Origin: Bacteroidota bacterium
GTDB lineage: Bacteria; Bacteroidota; Bacteroidia; Sphingobacteriales; Sphingobacteriaceae
Assembly (NCBI GenBank): GCA_023427985.1
Contig: JAEYZM010000022.1
Span: 30,760-94,759 of the forward strand
DNA length: 64,000 nt
Reading direction: 5' to 3'
The notes beneath the pieces are model-generated. The model did no database searches, was not told where the DNA came from, and saw nothing but the letters and a program-made list of their open reading frames with translations. Shown here one piece after another: positions 55,055-63,401 of this stretch (the first letter of the stretch is position 1; each line of letters starts with the position of its first letter). The translations under genes and the position numbers were made by a program.

Positions 55055-55687
55055 TTACTTTTGCGATTGGGGTTTGAAATCCATTATAGAGATATTTTTA
55101 TCGCAAATTTCATATTCATATGTCTGATTGGAGCAAATGATTAGTGTTCTTTGCAACAGATAATCTTCTAATAATTGCTTATACCATTGGATGCCCTGAA
55201 CATCGAGGTTTGAGCATGGTTCATCGAGCAAAATACAATCCACATCGCTCAACATCGACAATAATAATTTCACTCGTTGACGCATACCCGATGAATAATG
55301 TCGAATTTCTTTATGTTCAGAATGTTTTAATCCAACAAGATCTATTAATTCTTTATTGCTGATGTTCTGCAATCTTCTTTTGAAAGAGAAATGATAATTA
55401 ATCATTTCATTCAAAGTCATTTCTTCAACCAGCTCTAAATATGGAGTAGCGATGCTAAAATATTTATAGGCCTGTTCTACTTCAATATTGAAATTGTCTT
55501 TGGTATAAATTATTTTCCCATGATTTGGACTAAGACTGCCAAGAATAATTTGTAGTAAGGTTGATTTACCAGAACCATTCGAGCCCAATACAGCAAGTTT
55601 TGTCCCTGATGGGATACAAAGATTTAGATTTCTGAAAATCCACTCTTTATTAAATTTTTTGGCTATATCTTGGAGCTCAATTTGCAT
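55055..55687 (-). CDS. orphan ABC-transporter ATP-binding protein
   Basis: Walker A GSNGSGKST, signature YSSGMRQR and Walker B ILLDEP. 210 aa. TAATG overlap with the lpxA stop. No permease gene adjacent. Confidence 0.85.
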   Translation of the reverse strand: MQIELQDIAKKFNKEWIFRNLNLCIPSGTKLAVLGSNGSGKSTLLQIILGSLSPNHGKIIYTKDNFNIEVEQAYKYFSIATPYLELVEEMTLNEMINYHFSFKRRLQNISNKELIDLVGLKHSEHKEIRHYSSGMRQRVKLLLSMLSDVDCILLDEPCSNLDVQGIQWYKQLLEDYLLQRTLIICSNQTYEYEICDKNISIMDFKPQSQK

Positions 55688-56469
55688 TAATCTCTAGAAT
55701 ATCCTTTCATAATGCCGTTGGTAGAATTTTGAATAAAATCTAGAATGCCTGTTTTTATTGGACTATTAGAGATTTCATTTTCAATCACCTGAATTGCATT
55801 AGAAATTGAGTATCCTTTTACATATAAGATGCGATAGATGTCTTCGATCTGACGAATTTCAGCATCGGAAAATCCTCTTCTTCTTAAACCTACTGAATTA
55901 ATACCTACATAAGAGATGGGTTCTCTAGCTGCTTTAGTATAGGGTGGAACGTTTTTACGAACTAATGTACCACCAGCAATAAATGTATGAGCACCTATGG
56001 TTAAGAATTGACCTACAGCAGCCATACCTTCTAGAATAGCATAATCTTGAATGGTAACATGACCTGCAAGGTTTACGTTATTTGCTAGAATAATATTGTC
56101 GCCTAAAATGCAATCGTGTGCAATATGAGCATAAGCCATTAATAAGCAATTCTTACCAATAATTGATTTGTATCGATCGGTAGTTCCCTTATTTACAGTT
56201 ACGCATTCTCTTACAACAGAACCATCGCCAATTTCAGCAGTAGTATGTTCACCTCTGTATTTTAGATCTTGTGGAATAGCTGAAATTACAGCACCGGGGA
56301 AGATTTTACAATTTTTCCCAATGCGAGCACCATCCATAATCGTAACGTTTGGACCTATCCATGTACCTTCTCCAATTTCAACATCCTCATAAACGGTGCT
56401 GAATGGTTCTATAGTAACATTTGCTGCTATTTTAGCTTTAGGGTGTACTGATGCAAGTGAAGAAATCAT
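55687..56469 (-). CDS. lpxA: acyl-ACP:UDP-GlcNAc O-acyltransferase
   Basis: Left-handed beta-helix hexapeptide repeats. 260 aa. Position in the lpxD-lpxC/fabZ-lpxA block. Confidence 0.95.
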   Translation of the reverse strand: MISSLASVHPKAKIAANVTIEPFSTVYEDVEIGEGTWIGPNVTIMDGARIGKNCKIFPGAVISAIPQDLKYRGEHTTAEIGDGSVVRECVTVNKGTTDRYKSIIGKNCLLMAYAHIAHDCILGDNIILANNVNLAGHVTIQDYAILEGMAAVGQFLTIGAHTFIAGGTLVRKNVPPYTKAAREPISYVGINSVGLRRRGFSDAEIRQIEDIYRILYVKGYSISNAIQVIENEISNSPIKTGILDFIQNSTNGIMKGYSRD

Positions 56470-56478
56470 TCTTAATAT

Positions 56479-57876
56479 TTAGCTTTTCTTTACAATTTGT
56501 GCCATTAACTCGGCGTCCATTACAATCTTATCGCCAACGAAGGCTGTTCCTCTCATTTGACAAATACCTCTTCTAATAGGTGCCATTAAATCAAGCCTAA
56601 ATATAATAGTATCTCCCGGAAGTACCTTATCTTTGAAACGTGCATTTTCAATTTTCATGAAATAAGTCCAATAATTTTCTGGATCAGGCACTGTGCTCAA
56701 AGCTAAAATTCCACCCGTTTGTGCCATCGCTTCAATTTGTAAAACGCCCGGCATTACTGGGTTTCCAGGGAAATGTCCTTTGAAAAATTCTTCGTTCATG
56801 GTCACATTTTTTACCCCAACCACATGTTTGCTGCTCAACTCAATAATTTTGTCGATTAGCAAGAAAGGTTGACGATGAGGTAAAATATTTGCAATACCAT
56901 TGATATCGTAAATAGGAGTTTGATTTGGATTGTAGTTTGGAATATTCTTTTTAGCTTTTTCTTTTTTAATCAAAGCTTTAATTTTTTTAGCAAATGCTAC
57001 GTTCGCAGCATGTCCTGGTCGAGCCGCCATAATATGCCCTTTTAAAGGCATACCAACTAAAGCTAAATCGCCAATTACATCTAATAATTTATGTCGTGCA
57101 GGTTCGTTTTGATGTCTTAATTCAATATTATTTAAGATACCTTCGCGAGCAACTGCAATTTTATCGCGGTTAAATAATTTTGCTAAATGCTCCAACTCTT
57201 CATCGCTCACCACTTTATCGACTACAACAATTGCATTGTTTAGATCACCACCTTTTATGAGGTTGTGTTGTAATAACATTTCTAATTCATGCAAAAAGCA
57301 GAAGGTTCTGCAAGAAGCGATTTCTTTCTTAAACTCAGTGATTGAAGATAGAGAAGCATGCTGACTTCCCAATACCGGTGAATTATAGTCAACCATAACA
57401 GTGACGCGGTAATCATCGATATAAGGCATGGCAGTCATCTCTACATGACGATCGGGTTCTGAGTAATAAATATTACTTGGAATTACAAAGTACTCACGAT
57501 CTGCATCTTGATGAACAACACCAACTTTTTCTAATTCTTCAATAAATGGCATAGAAGAACCATCCATAATTGGAGCTTCTGGAGCATCTAATTCGATCAA
57601 TACGTTATCAATCTCCAAACCAGCCAATGCTGCAAGAGTGTGTTCTATCGTAGAAACGCTTGCACCGTTTTGAGTAATCGTAGTACCTCTGGATGTATCG
57701 GTTACATTATCTACGTCGGCATCAATAATAGGTGCTCCTTCAAGATCTATTCTTTGAAACTTATAACCATGGTCCTCAGGTGCCGGTTTAAAGGTCATAG
57801 TAACCTGTTTACCAGTGTGTAATCCCACCCCAACCACTGTTACAGGGGCCTTTAATGTAGTTTGTTTAACGTTCAT
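56479..57876 (-). CDS. lpxC/fabZ: bifunctional UDP-3-O-acyl-GlcNAc deacetylase / 3-hydroxyacyl-ACP dehydratase
   Basis: N-terminal LpxC (VGLHTG, HTLAAL, HKLLD). C-terminal FabZ hot-dog (LPHRQPFLLIDKI...FFKGHFPGNPVMPGVLQIEAMAQ). This fusion is typical of Bacteroidota. Confidence 0.95.
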   Translation of the reverse strand: MNVKQTTLKAPVTVVGVGLHTGKQVTMTFKPAPEDHGYKFQRIDLEGAPIIDADVDNVTDTSRGTTITQNGASVSTIEHTLAALAGLEIDNVLIELDAPEAPIMDGSSMPFIEELEKVGVVHQDADREYFVIPSNIYYSEPDRHVEMTAMPYIDDYRVTVMVDYNSPVLGSQHASLSSITEFKKEIASCRTFCFLHELEMLLQHNLIKGGDLNNAIVVVDKVVSDEELEHLAKLFNRDKIAVAREGILNNIELRHQNEPARHKLLDVIGDLALVGMPLKGHIMAARPGHAANVAFAKKIKALIKKEKAKKNIPNYNPNQTPIYDINGIANILPHRQPFLLIDKIIELSSKHVVGVKNVTMNEEFFKGHFPGNPVMPGVLQIEAMAQTGGILALSTVPDPENYWTYFMKIENARFKDKVLPGDTIIFRLDLMAPIRRGICQMRGTAFVGDKIVMDAELMAQIVKKS

Positions 57877-57940
57877 TATTGTCGAATAATTCCGACAAAT
57901 GTATCTAGAATTGATTTTTAAACAAAATTTATACGATAAA

Positions 57941-58981
57941 TTAGATAGTTTGTCTTAAATCGCGCAACATTTGCTCTAATTCTTCTATCTTTTTCTCTAA
58001 TTCTGGGAGACGGCGATAAACTGCCTGCATTTTGAGGGATTCACGGAAAGGCGATACTGGTGCACCGTTCCATTGTTTATTTTCTTCGGTAATTGATTTG
58101 GAAATACCCGATTTAGCATTGATTTGAGAGCCTTTTGCGATTTGTATATGACCAACAATACCAACCTGACCACCAATAATACAATTTTCACCTATGCGAG
58201 TGCTGCCTGAAATACCACTTTGAGAAGCTATGACGGTATTATTTCCCACTTCAACATTGTGCGCAATTTGAATGAGATTGTCGAGCTTAACACCGGCTTT
58301 TATAATTGTAGAACCAATTGTAGCTCTATCGATGCTCGTATTAGAACCGATTTCTACATTGTCTTCTATGATTACATTACCTATTTGAGCTACCTTCTGA
58401 TACGAACCATCGGCCTGAGGGGCAAAACCAAATCCATCACTTCCAATTACACAACCCGAATGGATAATTACATTTTTCCCGATCACACAATCGGAATAGA
58501 TTTTTGAGCCAGAAAATAAGGTCGTATTGTCTTCAATGCTACAATTATCGCCAATATAAACTTGCGGATATATTTTTACATTGTTCCCAATTTTAACATT
58601 GTGACCGATGTATGAAAATGCTCCAACATAGCAGTCTTGACCCAGTTGAGCTGTTTTACTAATAAAACTTGGCTCTTCTATACCTTGCTTATTGAGTTTA
58701 ATGGTATTGTATTTTTCAAGTAAGATAGAGAAAGCACTATAAGCATCATCTACACGTATAAGTGTAGTGTTTACAGGCTTTTCTAATACTAAAGATTTGT
58801 TAACGATTACGATAGAAGCCTCTGTATTATACAGATATGGTTCATATTTAGGATTCGATAAAAAGGATAATGCACCTTTCCGGCCTTCTTCAATTTTTGC
58901 CAAAGACGATACAACAACATCTGGATTCCCTTCCAGCTCCCCATTTAATAAGAAACAAATTTCAGTGGCTTTAAATTGCAT
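57941..58981 (-). CDS. lpxD: UDP-3-O-acylglucosamine N-acyltransferase
   Basis: N-terminal LpxD domain, hexapeptide repeats and a C-terminal helical tail. 346 aa. Confidence 0.95.
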   Translation of the reverse strand: MQFKATEICFLLNGELEGNPDVVVSSLAKIEEGRKGALSFLSNPKYEPYLYNTEASIVIVNKSLVLEKPVNTTLIRVDDAYSAFSILLEKYNTIKLNKQGIEEPSFISKTAQLGQDCYVGAFSYIGHNVKIGNNVKIYPQVYIGDNCSIEDNTTLFSGSKIYSDCVIGKNVIIHSGCVIGSDGFGFAPQADGSYQKVAQIGNVIIEDNVEIGSNTSIDRATIGSTIIKAGVKLDNLIQIAHNVEVGNNTVIASQSGISGSTRIGENCIIGGQVGIVGHIQIAKGSQINAKSGISKSITEENKQWNGAPVSPFRESLKMQAVYRRLPELEKKIEELEQMLRDLRQTI

Positions 58982-59012
58982 TATACAAAAATAGAATTAT
59001 AGCTGAACCCTG

Positions 59013-59020
59013 CAAATGTA
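59013..59020 (-). promoter_or_regulatory. candidate -7 box (TAnnTTTG)
   Basis: Minus strand reads TACATTTG exactly, 31 nt upstream of the lpxD ATG. Confidence 0.45.
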
Positions 59021-59046
59021 TGAATAAAAAATAGAGCTTTAATTAT

Positions 59047-60273
59047 TCACATCTCGTTAATTGGGTAACAAATAAAATACTTTTTTACATTCCTGCTCAA
59101 TGCATTTACATTCAATCCATCTGAAGCAATTGCTACATCTACAAGTTGTCCGCTCTTCGTTAAGATATTAATGTTTCCAGTATCAGGATTATATGCATTA
59201 TTATTAATCACACCATCGAATACAAAATACTTTGATGTTTGAGCATCGTAATTTAAAGTTTTCTTATGCCGATGTGTTAGCTCTTCTAAATATTTGGGCG
59301 AAATAGGTTCGTTATGCAACTCAATAGTATATAAATCGCGCGATATTAAATACTTGCAAAGTGTAGAAAGTACATGATCTTCTGAACTTCTCCATACTTT
59401 TATGGCCGAATAAATATCGTGATCGTCCAAAGTAGAAAAGGCATTTAAATATTTGGGATTAGTTTTGAAGTCTTCAATACTTGGATTGTTTTTTAGAAAT
59501 AATTTAAAATCTGGTGCAGCAAATAAGTCGACACCTTGCGATGATATTTCTTTCGCCCGTTTCAAAATATTTAATAATAATTGCTCGGCTGCTAATACAG
59601 TTTTATGGAAATATACCTGCCAATACATAAGTCGGCGTGCAATTAAAAACTTTTCTACCGAGTAAATCCCCTTTTCTTCAATTACTAATTGGTCTTCTTT
59701 TACCGAAATCATTTTAAGAATTCGATCGAAACCGATGACGCCTTCTGAAACACCGGTATAAAAACTATCGCGATTAAGATAGTCCATTCGATCCATATCC
59801 AGTTGCCCGGATACTAACTGATGTAAGAATTTTTTACTGTATTTATTTTCAAAAATTTCAATAGCTAAACTTAATCTACCATCAAACTGCTTATTCAATT
59901 CTTCCATCAGCAGAATAGACAATTGTTCATGATGTAAATTAGGTACGATACATGATTCTAATGCATGTGAGAAAGGGCCATGGCCAATATCGTGTAATAA
60001 AATAGCAATGGTTGCAGCTTCAGCTTCCATTTCATTTATTTCGATGCCTTTATTTCGAATACTTTCTATCGCAATGCCCATTAAATGCATGGCACCTAAG
60101 GCATGATGAAATCGAGTGTGAAGAGCACCCGGATATACCAAATGAGTTAGACCTAATTGTTTAATATTTCTTAAGCGTTGAAAATAAGGATGCTCGATTA
60201 AGTCGAACACAATTTCATAAGGCACGCTTATAAAACCATAAACTGGATCGTTAAATATTTTCTTTTTATTCAA
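59047..60273 (-). CDS. HD-domain phosphohydrolase (SAMHD1/dNTPase-like)
   Basis: FNDPVYGFI...FQRLR.IKQLG...HTRF.H..G and LLHDIGHGPFSH. 408 aa. TTG start; no ATG or GTG lies between the upstream in-frame stop and the conserved N-terminus. Confidence 0.85.
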   Translation of the reverse strand: MNKKKIFNDPVYGFISVPYEIVFDLIEHPYFQRLRNIKQLGLTHLVYPGALHTRFHHALGAMHLMGIAIESIRNKGIEINEMEAEAATIAILLHDIGHGPFSHALESCIVPNLHHEQLSILLMEELNKQFDGRLSLAIEIFENKYSKKFLHQLVSGQLDMDRMDYLNRDSFYTGVSEGVIGFDRILKMISVKEDQLVIEEKGIYSVEKFLIARRLMYWQVYFHKTVLAAEQLLLNILKRAKEISSQGVDLFAAPDFKLFLKNNPSIEDFKTNPKYLNAFSTLDDHDIYSAIKVWRSSEDHVLSTLCKYLISRDLYTIELHNEPISPKYLEELTHRHKKTLNYDAQTSKYFVFDGVINNNAYNPDTGNINILTKSGQLVDVAIASDGLNVNALSRNVKKYFICYPINEM

Positions 60274-60333
60274 GTTGCAAACAATAAAAGCGAATTAATT
60301 CGTTAATTTTATAAATCAAAGATAAAAGAAAGC

Positions 60334-61887
60334 ATGCAAGAAACAATTATATTATGGGCCGATGATGAGATTGATTTATTGAAACCTCATATTTTGTTTT
60401 TAGAAGATAAGGGCTATAAAGTAATTAGTAAAACAAATGGATCGGATGCATTGGATGTTCTTAAATCTCAATCAGTAGATATAGTGTTCTTGGATGAAAA
60501 CATGCCTGGATTAAGTGGTTTAGAAACACTTTCTGAAATTAAAAATATCAATAACGATATACCTGTTGTACTCATTACTAAAAATGAAGAAGAGTATTTG
60601 ATGGAAGATGCAATTGGTAGTAAGATTGCCGATTATTTAATCAAACCAGTTAATCCAAAGCAAATTTTATTGACTATAAAAAAGTTGGTGGATAACAAGC
60701 GATTGGTAACAGAAAGAACTACATCGGCATATCAATCTGAATTTAGAAATTTAGGATTAGCTTTAAATGATGTTTCTTCATTAAATGAATGGAAAGAAGT
60801 ATATAAGAAATTAGTGTTTTGGGAATTGGAATTAGAGCAATTAGAAGATTCCGGAATGCATGAAATTCTTACATTACAGAAGCAAGAAGCTAATAAGCTT
60901 TTTTCAAAATTTGTCGAGAAAAATTATTTGAAATGGTTGAAAGAGGAGAGCAATGCTCCATTGCAATCGCATCAATTGATGAAGACAAAAGTTTTTCCGC
61001 ATTTAAAAGAAAATATTCCAACGTTTTTTATATTGATAGATAATTTAAGATACGATCAATGGCGAATTATAGCTCCAATGATTAATGATTATTTCAGATT
61101 AGAAGAAGAGGAAATCTATACGAGCATTTTACCAACGGCAACTCAGTATGCACGTAATGCAATTTTTTCTGGTTTGCTACCATCTGAAATGGAAAAACGA
61201 TATCCGAAATTATGGAAGAACGATGAAGATGAAGGCGGAAAGAATATGCATGAAGAAGATTTCTTGAGGGAACATTTATTGCGTGCTCGTAGGGATATAA
61301 AATTTTCATATACTAAAGTTTTGAATACGGATCAGGGGAAAGATATGGTAGATAGTATACATCAGAAGTTTAACAATCAATTGAATGTGATTGTATATAA
61401 TTTTGTTGATATGCTTTCGCATGCTCGTTCCGAAATGGAATTGATCAAAGAATTAGCACCTGATGAATCGGCATATAGATCGATTACTAAATCGTGGTTC
61501 GAACATTCTCCGTTGTTGGAAGCAATAAAAAAAATTGCACAAAAACAAGCTAGGCTAATTATTACAACTGATCATGGTACGATTCGTGTGAAAAATCCGA
61601 GTAAGGTAATTGGCGATAGAACCGTAAATACAAATTTGAGATATAAGCAAGGAAAGAACTTGAATTATCAGCATAAGGATGTATTTGAAGTTAAGAATCC
61701 TGGTGAAGCATTCTTGCCAAGAGTGAATGTGAGTCAGGCATTTATTTTTGCAAAGGAAGATACTTATTTTGTTTATCAGAATAATTACAATCAGTTTGTG
61801 AATTATTATGCGAATACCTTTCAGCATGGTGGGATATCCTTAGAAGAAATGTTGATACCATATTCGGTTTATGTGACTAGAAGCTAG
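60334..61887 (+). CDS. porX: T9SS response regulator PorX (receiver + PglZ/alkaline-phosphatase-superfamily domain)
   Basis: 517 aa. N-terminal ILWADDEIDLLKPHILFLEDKGY receiver with acceptor Asp in VFLDENMPGLSG. C-terminal PglZ-type domain (FFILIDNLRYDQW...TTDHGT). The architecture matches PorX of P. gingivalis. Confidence 0.8.
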   Translation: MQETIILWADDEIDLLKPHILFLEDKGYKVISKTNGSDALDVLKSQSVDIVFLDENMPGLSGLETLSEIKNINNDIPVVLITKNEEEYLMEDAIGSKIADYLIKPVNPKQILLTIKKLVDNKRLVTERTTSAYQSEFRNLGLALNDVSSLNEWKEVYKKLVFWELELEQLEDSGMHEILTLQKQEANKLFSKFVEKNYLKWLKEESNAPLQSHQLMKTKVFPHLKENIPTFFILIDNLRYDQWRIIAPMINDYFRLEEEEIYTSILPTATQYARNAIFSGLLPSEMEKRYPKLWKNDEDEGGKNMHEEDFLREHLLRARRDIKFSYTKVLNTDQGKDMVDSIHQKFNNQLNVIVYNFVDMLSHARSEMELIKELAPDESAYRSITKSWFEHSPLLEAIKKIAQKQARLIITTDHGTIRVKNPSKVIGDRTVNTNLRYKQGKNLNYQHKDVFEVKNPGEAFLPRVNVSQAFIFAKEDTYFVYQNNYNQFVNYYANTFQHGGISLEEMLIPYSVYVTRS

Positions 61888-61899
61888 GTTCGTGGGTTC

Positions 61900-61917
61900 T
61901 CCCGATAGCTATCGGGA
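61900..61917. terminator. GC-rich perfect palindrome between convergent genes
   Basis: TCCCGATAGCTATCGGGA is an 18-nt perfect palindrome, effectively a 7-bp stem with a 4-nt loop. It sits in a locally GC-rich 42-nt gap. Confidence 0.5.
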
Positions 61918-61929
61918 TGCTCGAGGGAC

Positions 61930-62961
61930 TTAAGATGGTTTTTGATTGTTTACTTTTGTGAGATTTAAAGTTTGGGTTTTGCTTACAATATCGCGTACAA
62001 TTAAATCTAGTTCGTTAGTAGAAGTTTGAAGGTGTTCTAGCCATAATTGTAATTGCTCTACTTGAAGTGGATCATTTTGAAGTATGCTAATTATACCTAG
62101 GATTCTAGATAATGGTGCTCTCACAATATGTGACTGCATCCATGCGATATCTTTTAATTTTTCATTTTGTTGTTCTATCGTTTTGATGTATTCCAATCGT
62201 TCGGTAATATCGTTAGAAAGAACTATTCTAGCATCGTGCGAATTGTATTCGATATCGCTACTGTACACTTCAACAAAAATAGGTTTGCCTGATTTTAAAA
62301 GATGGGTATAAGTTGATGAGTAAGGTTCCGACTTATTATTGTTTATTTTTGTTAAACCTTCATACAAGAGGTCGAGTTCTTCTTTCGGTCGAATATCTTT
62401 TATTGTCATGCTGAGGAATTCATCTTTCGAGTAACCATATTTTAAAATTGCAGCATTATTTACATTTAAAAATTTTAATGAGATATTATCATATATCCAC
62501 ATGGGTTGTGGAGTGAAATTGAAAAGACGTTCGTAAACGTTTTTAGCTTTCTCTAAATTATTAATGAATGTATTTCGATCTATAGAATAAATTATTGATT
62601 TATATAATAGTTCCGGATTGAGTTCATCTTTCAATAATATATCAGCAATACCCAATGACAAACAATTTCGCGCCAATTGTAAATCGCCATATCCTGTAAG
62701 AATTACTATAGGAATATTTACAAAGTTATATTTAATTAATTTTACTAATTCTATTCCTGATGCATCTGGTAAATGTAGATCCAATAATATAATTGAGCTG
62801 TTGTCGAAACCTAATGTTATAGCCTTAGTGCTTTGAAAATCTGGCAAATTTTGAATTGATATTTTATCAAACTTCTCTGTGAGATATTCTTCAATCAATA
62901 AAAAATCACCTTTATTATCTTCAATAACGAATACCTTTAATTTATCTAAATTTATTGTCAT
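61930..62961 (-). CDS. receiver-PAS-DHp protein lacking an ATPase domain
   Basis: REC (VFVIEDNKGDFLL...IILLDLHLPDASG). PAS (FNFTPQPMWIYD...). H-box-like IAWMQSHIVRAPLSRILGI. The protein ends ~65 aa after the His with no N/G1/G2 boxes. Confidence 0.8.
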   Translation of the reverse strand: MTINLDKLKVFVIEDNKGDFLLIEEYLTEKFDKISIQNLPDFQSTKAITLGFDNSSIILLDLHLPDASGIELVKLIKYNFVNIPIVILTGYGDLQLARNCLSLGIADILLKDELNPELLYKSIIYSIDRNTFINNLEKAKNVYERLFNFTPQPMWIYDNISLKFLNVNNAAILKYGYSKDEFLSMTIKDIRPKEELDLLYEGLTKINNNKSEPYSSTYTHLLKSGKPIFVEVYSSDIEYNSHDARIVLSNDITERLEYIKTIEQQNEKLKDIAWMQSHIVRAPLSRILGIISILQNDPLQVEQLQLWLEHLQTSTNELDLIVRDIVSKTQTLNLTKVNNQKPS

Positions 62962-62969
62962 AATGATAA

Positions 62970-63395
62970 TTATTCTGAGAGTTTACAAAGTGTCAACCAA
63001 AACTCTTCTATTTTTAAGATTGCTTTTAAAAAATCTTCAATTTCAATTGGTTTAGTGATATAGCAATTGGTATAATTTTCGTAAGCTTTATTAATATCGT
63101 TTGGATTTGATGATGTAGTTAAAATAATTACTGGTATCTTTTTCAAATCTGGATCACTTTTTATATCGCTAAGCACTTCATGTCCATTATGAATTGGGAT
63201 GTTTATATCGAGAAGAATTAAATCGGGTCGCTCAACATCGGCATAAATATTTTTTTTGTATAAGAAGTCCATTGCTTCCTGACCATTTCTAACTACAGAT
63301 ATTCTAGTTTTTATTCTACTTTCTGCAAATGCATCGAGTGTTAGAACAATATCGCCTTCATTATCTTCTACTAAAAGTATATGAACTTCCTTCAT
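62970..63395 (-). CDS. single-domain CheY-like response regulator
   Basis: ILLVEDNEGDIVL...LILLDINIP...ILTTS...ITKP. 141 aa. Confidence 0.9.
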   Translation of the reverse strand: MKEVHILLVEDNEGDIVLTLDAFAESRIKTRISVVRNGQEAMDFLYKKNIYADVERPDLILLDINIPIHNGHEVLSDIKSDPDLKKIPVIILTTSSNPNDINKAYENYTNCYITKPIEIEDFLKAILKIEEFWLTLCKLSE

Positions 63396-63401
63396 GTTAA
63401 A

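Noticed and set aside
60334-61887. PglZ domain as a marker of a BREX or other phage-defence island.
   Set aside because: The PglZ domain is fused to a CheY receiver, which is the PorX architecture. No pglX methyltransferase, brxC ATPase, brxL protease or other BREX gene is nearby, and the flanking genes are lipid A biosynthesis and two-component genes.
61888-61929. GC-rich stretch containing GGTTCGTGGGTTC as a tRNA or tRNA fragment.
   Set aside because: It is only 42 nt between two stop codons. No acceptor or anticodon arms can be drawn. The T-loop-like GGTTCG is not flanked by a complementary stem.
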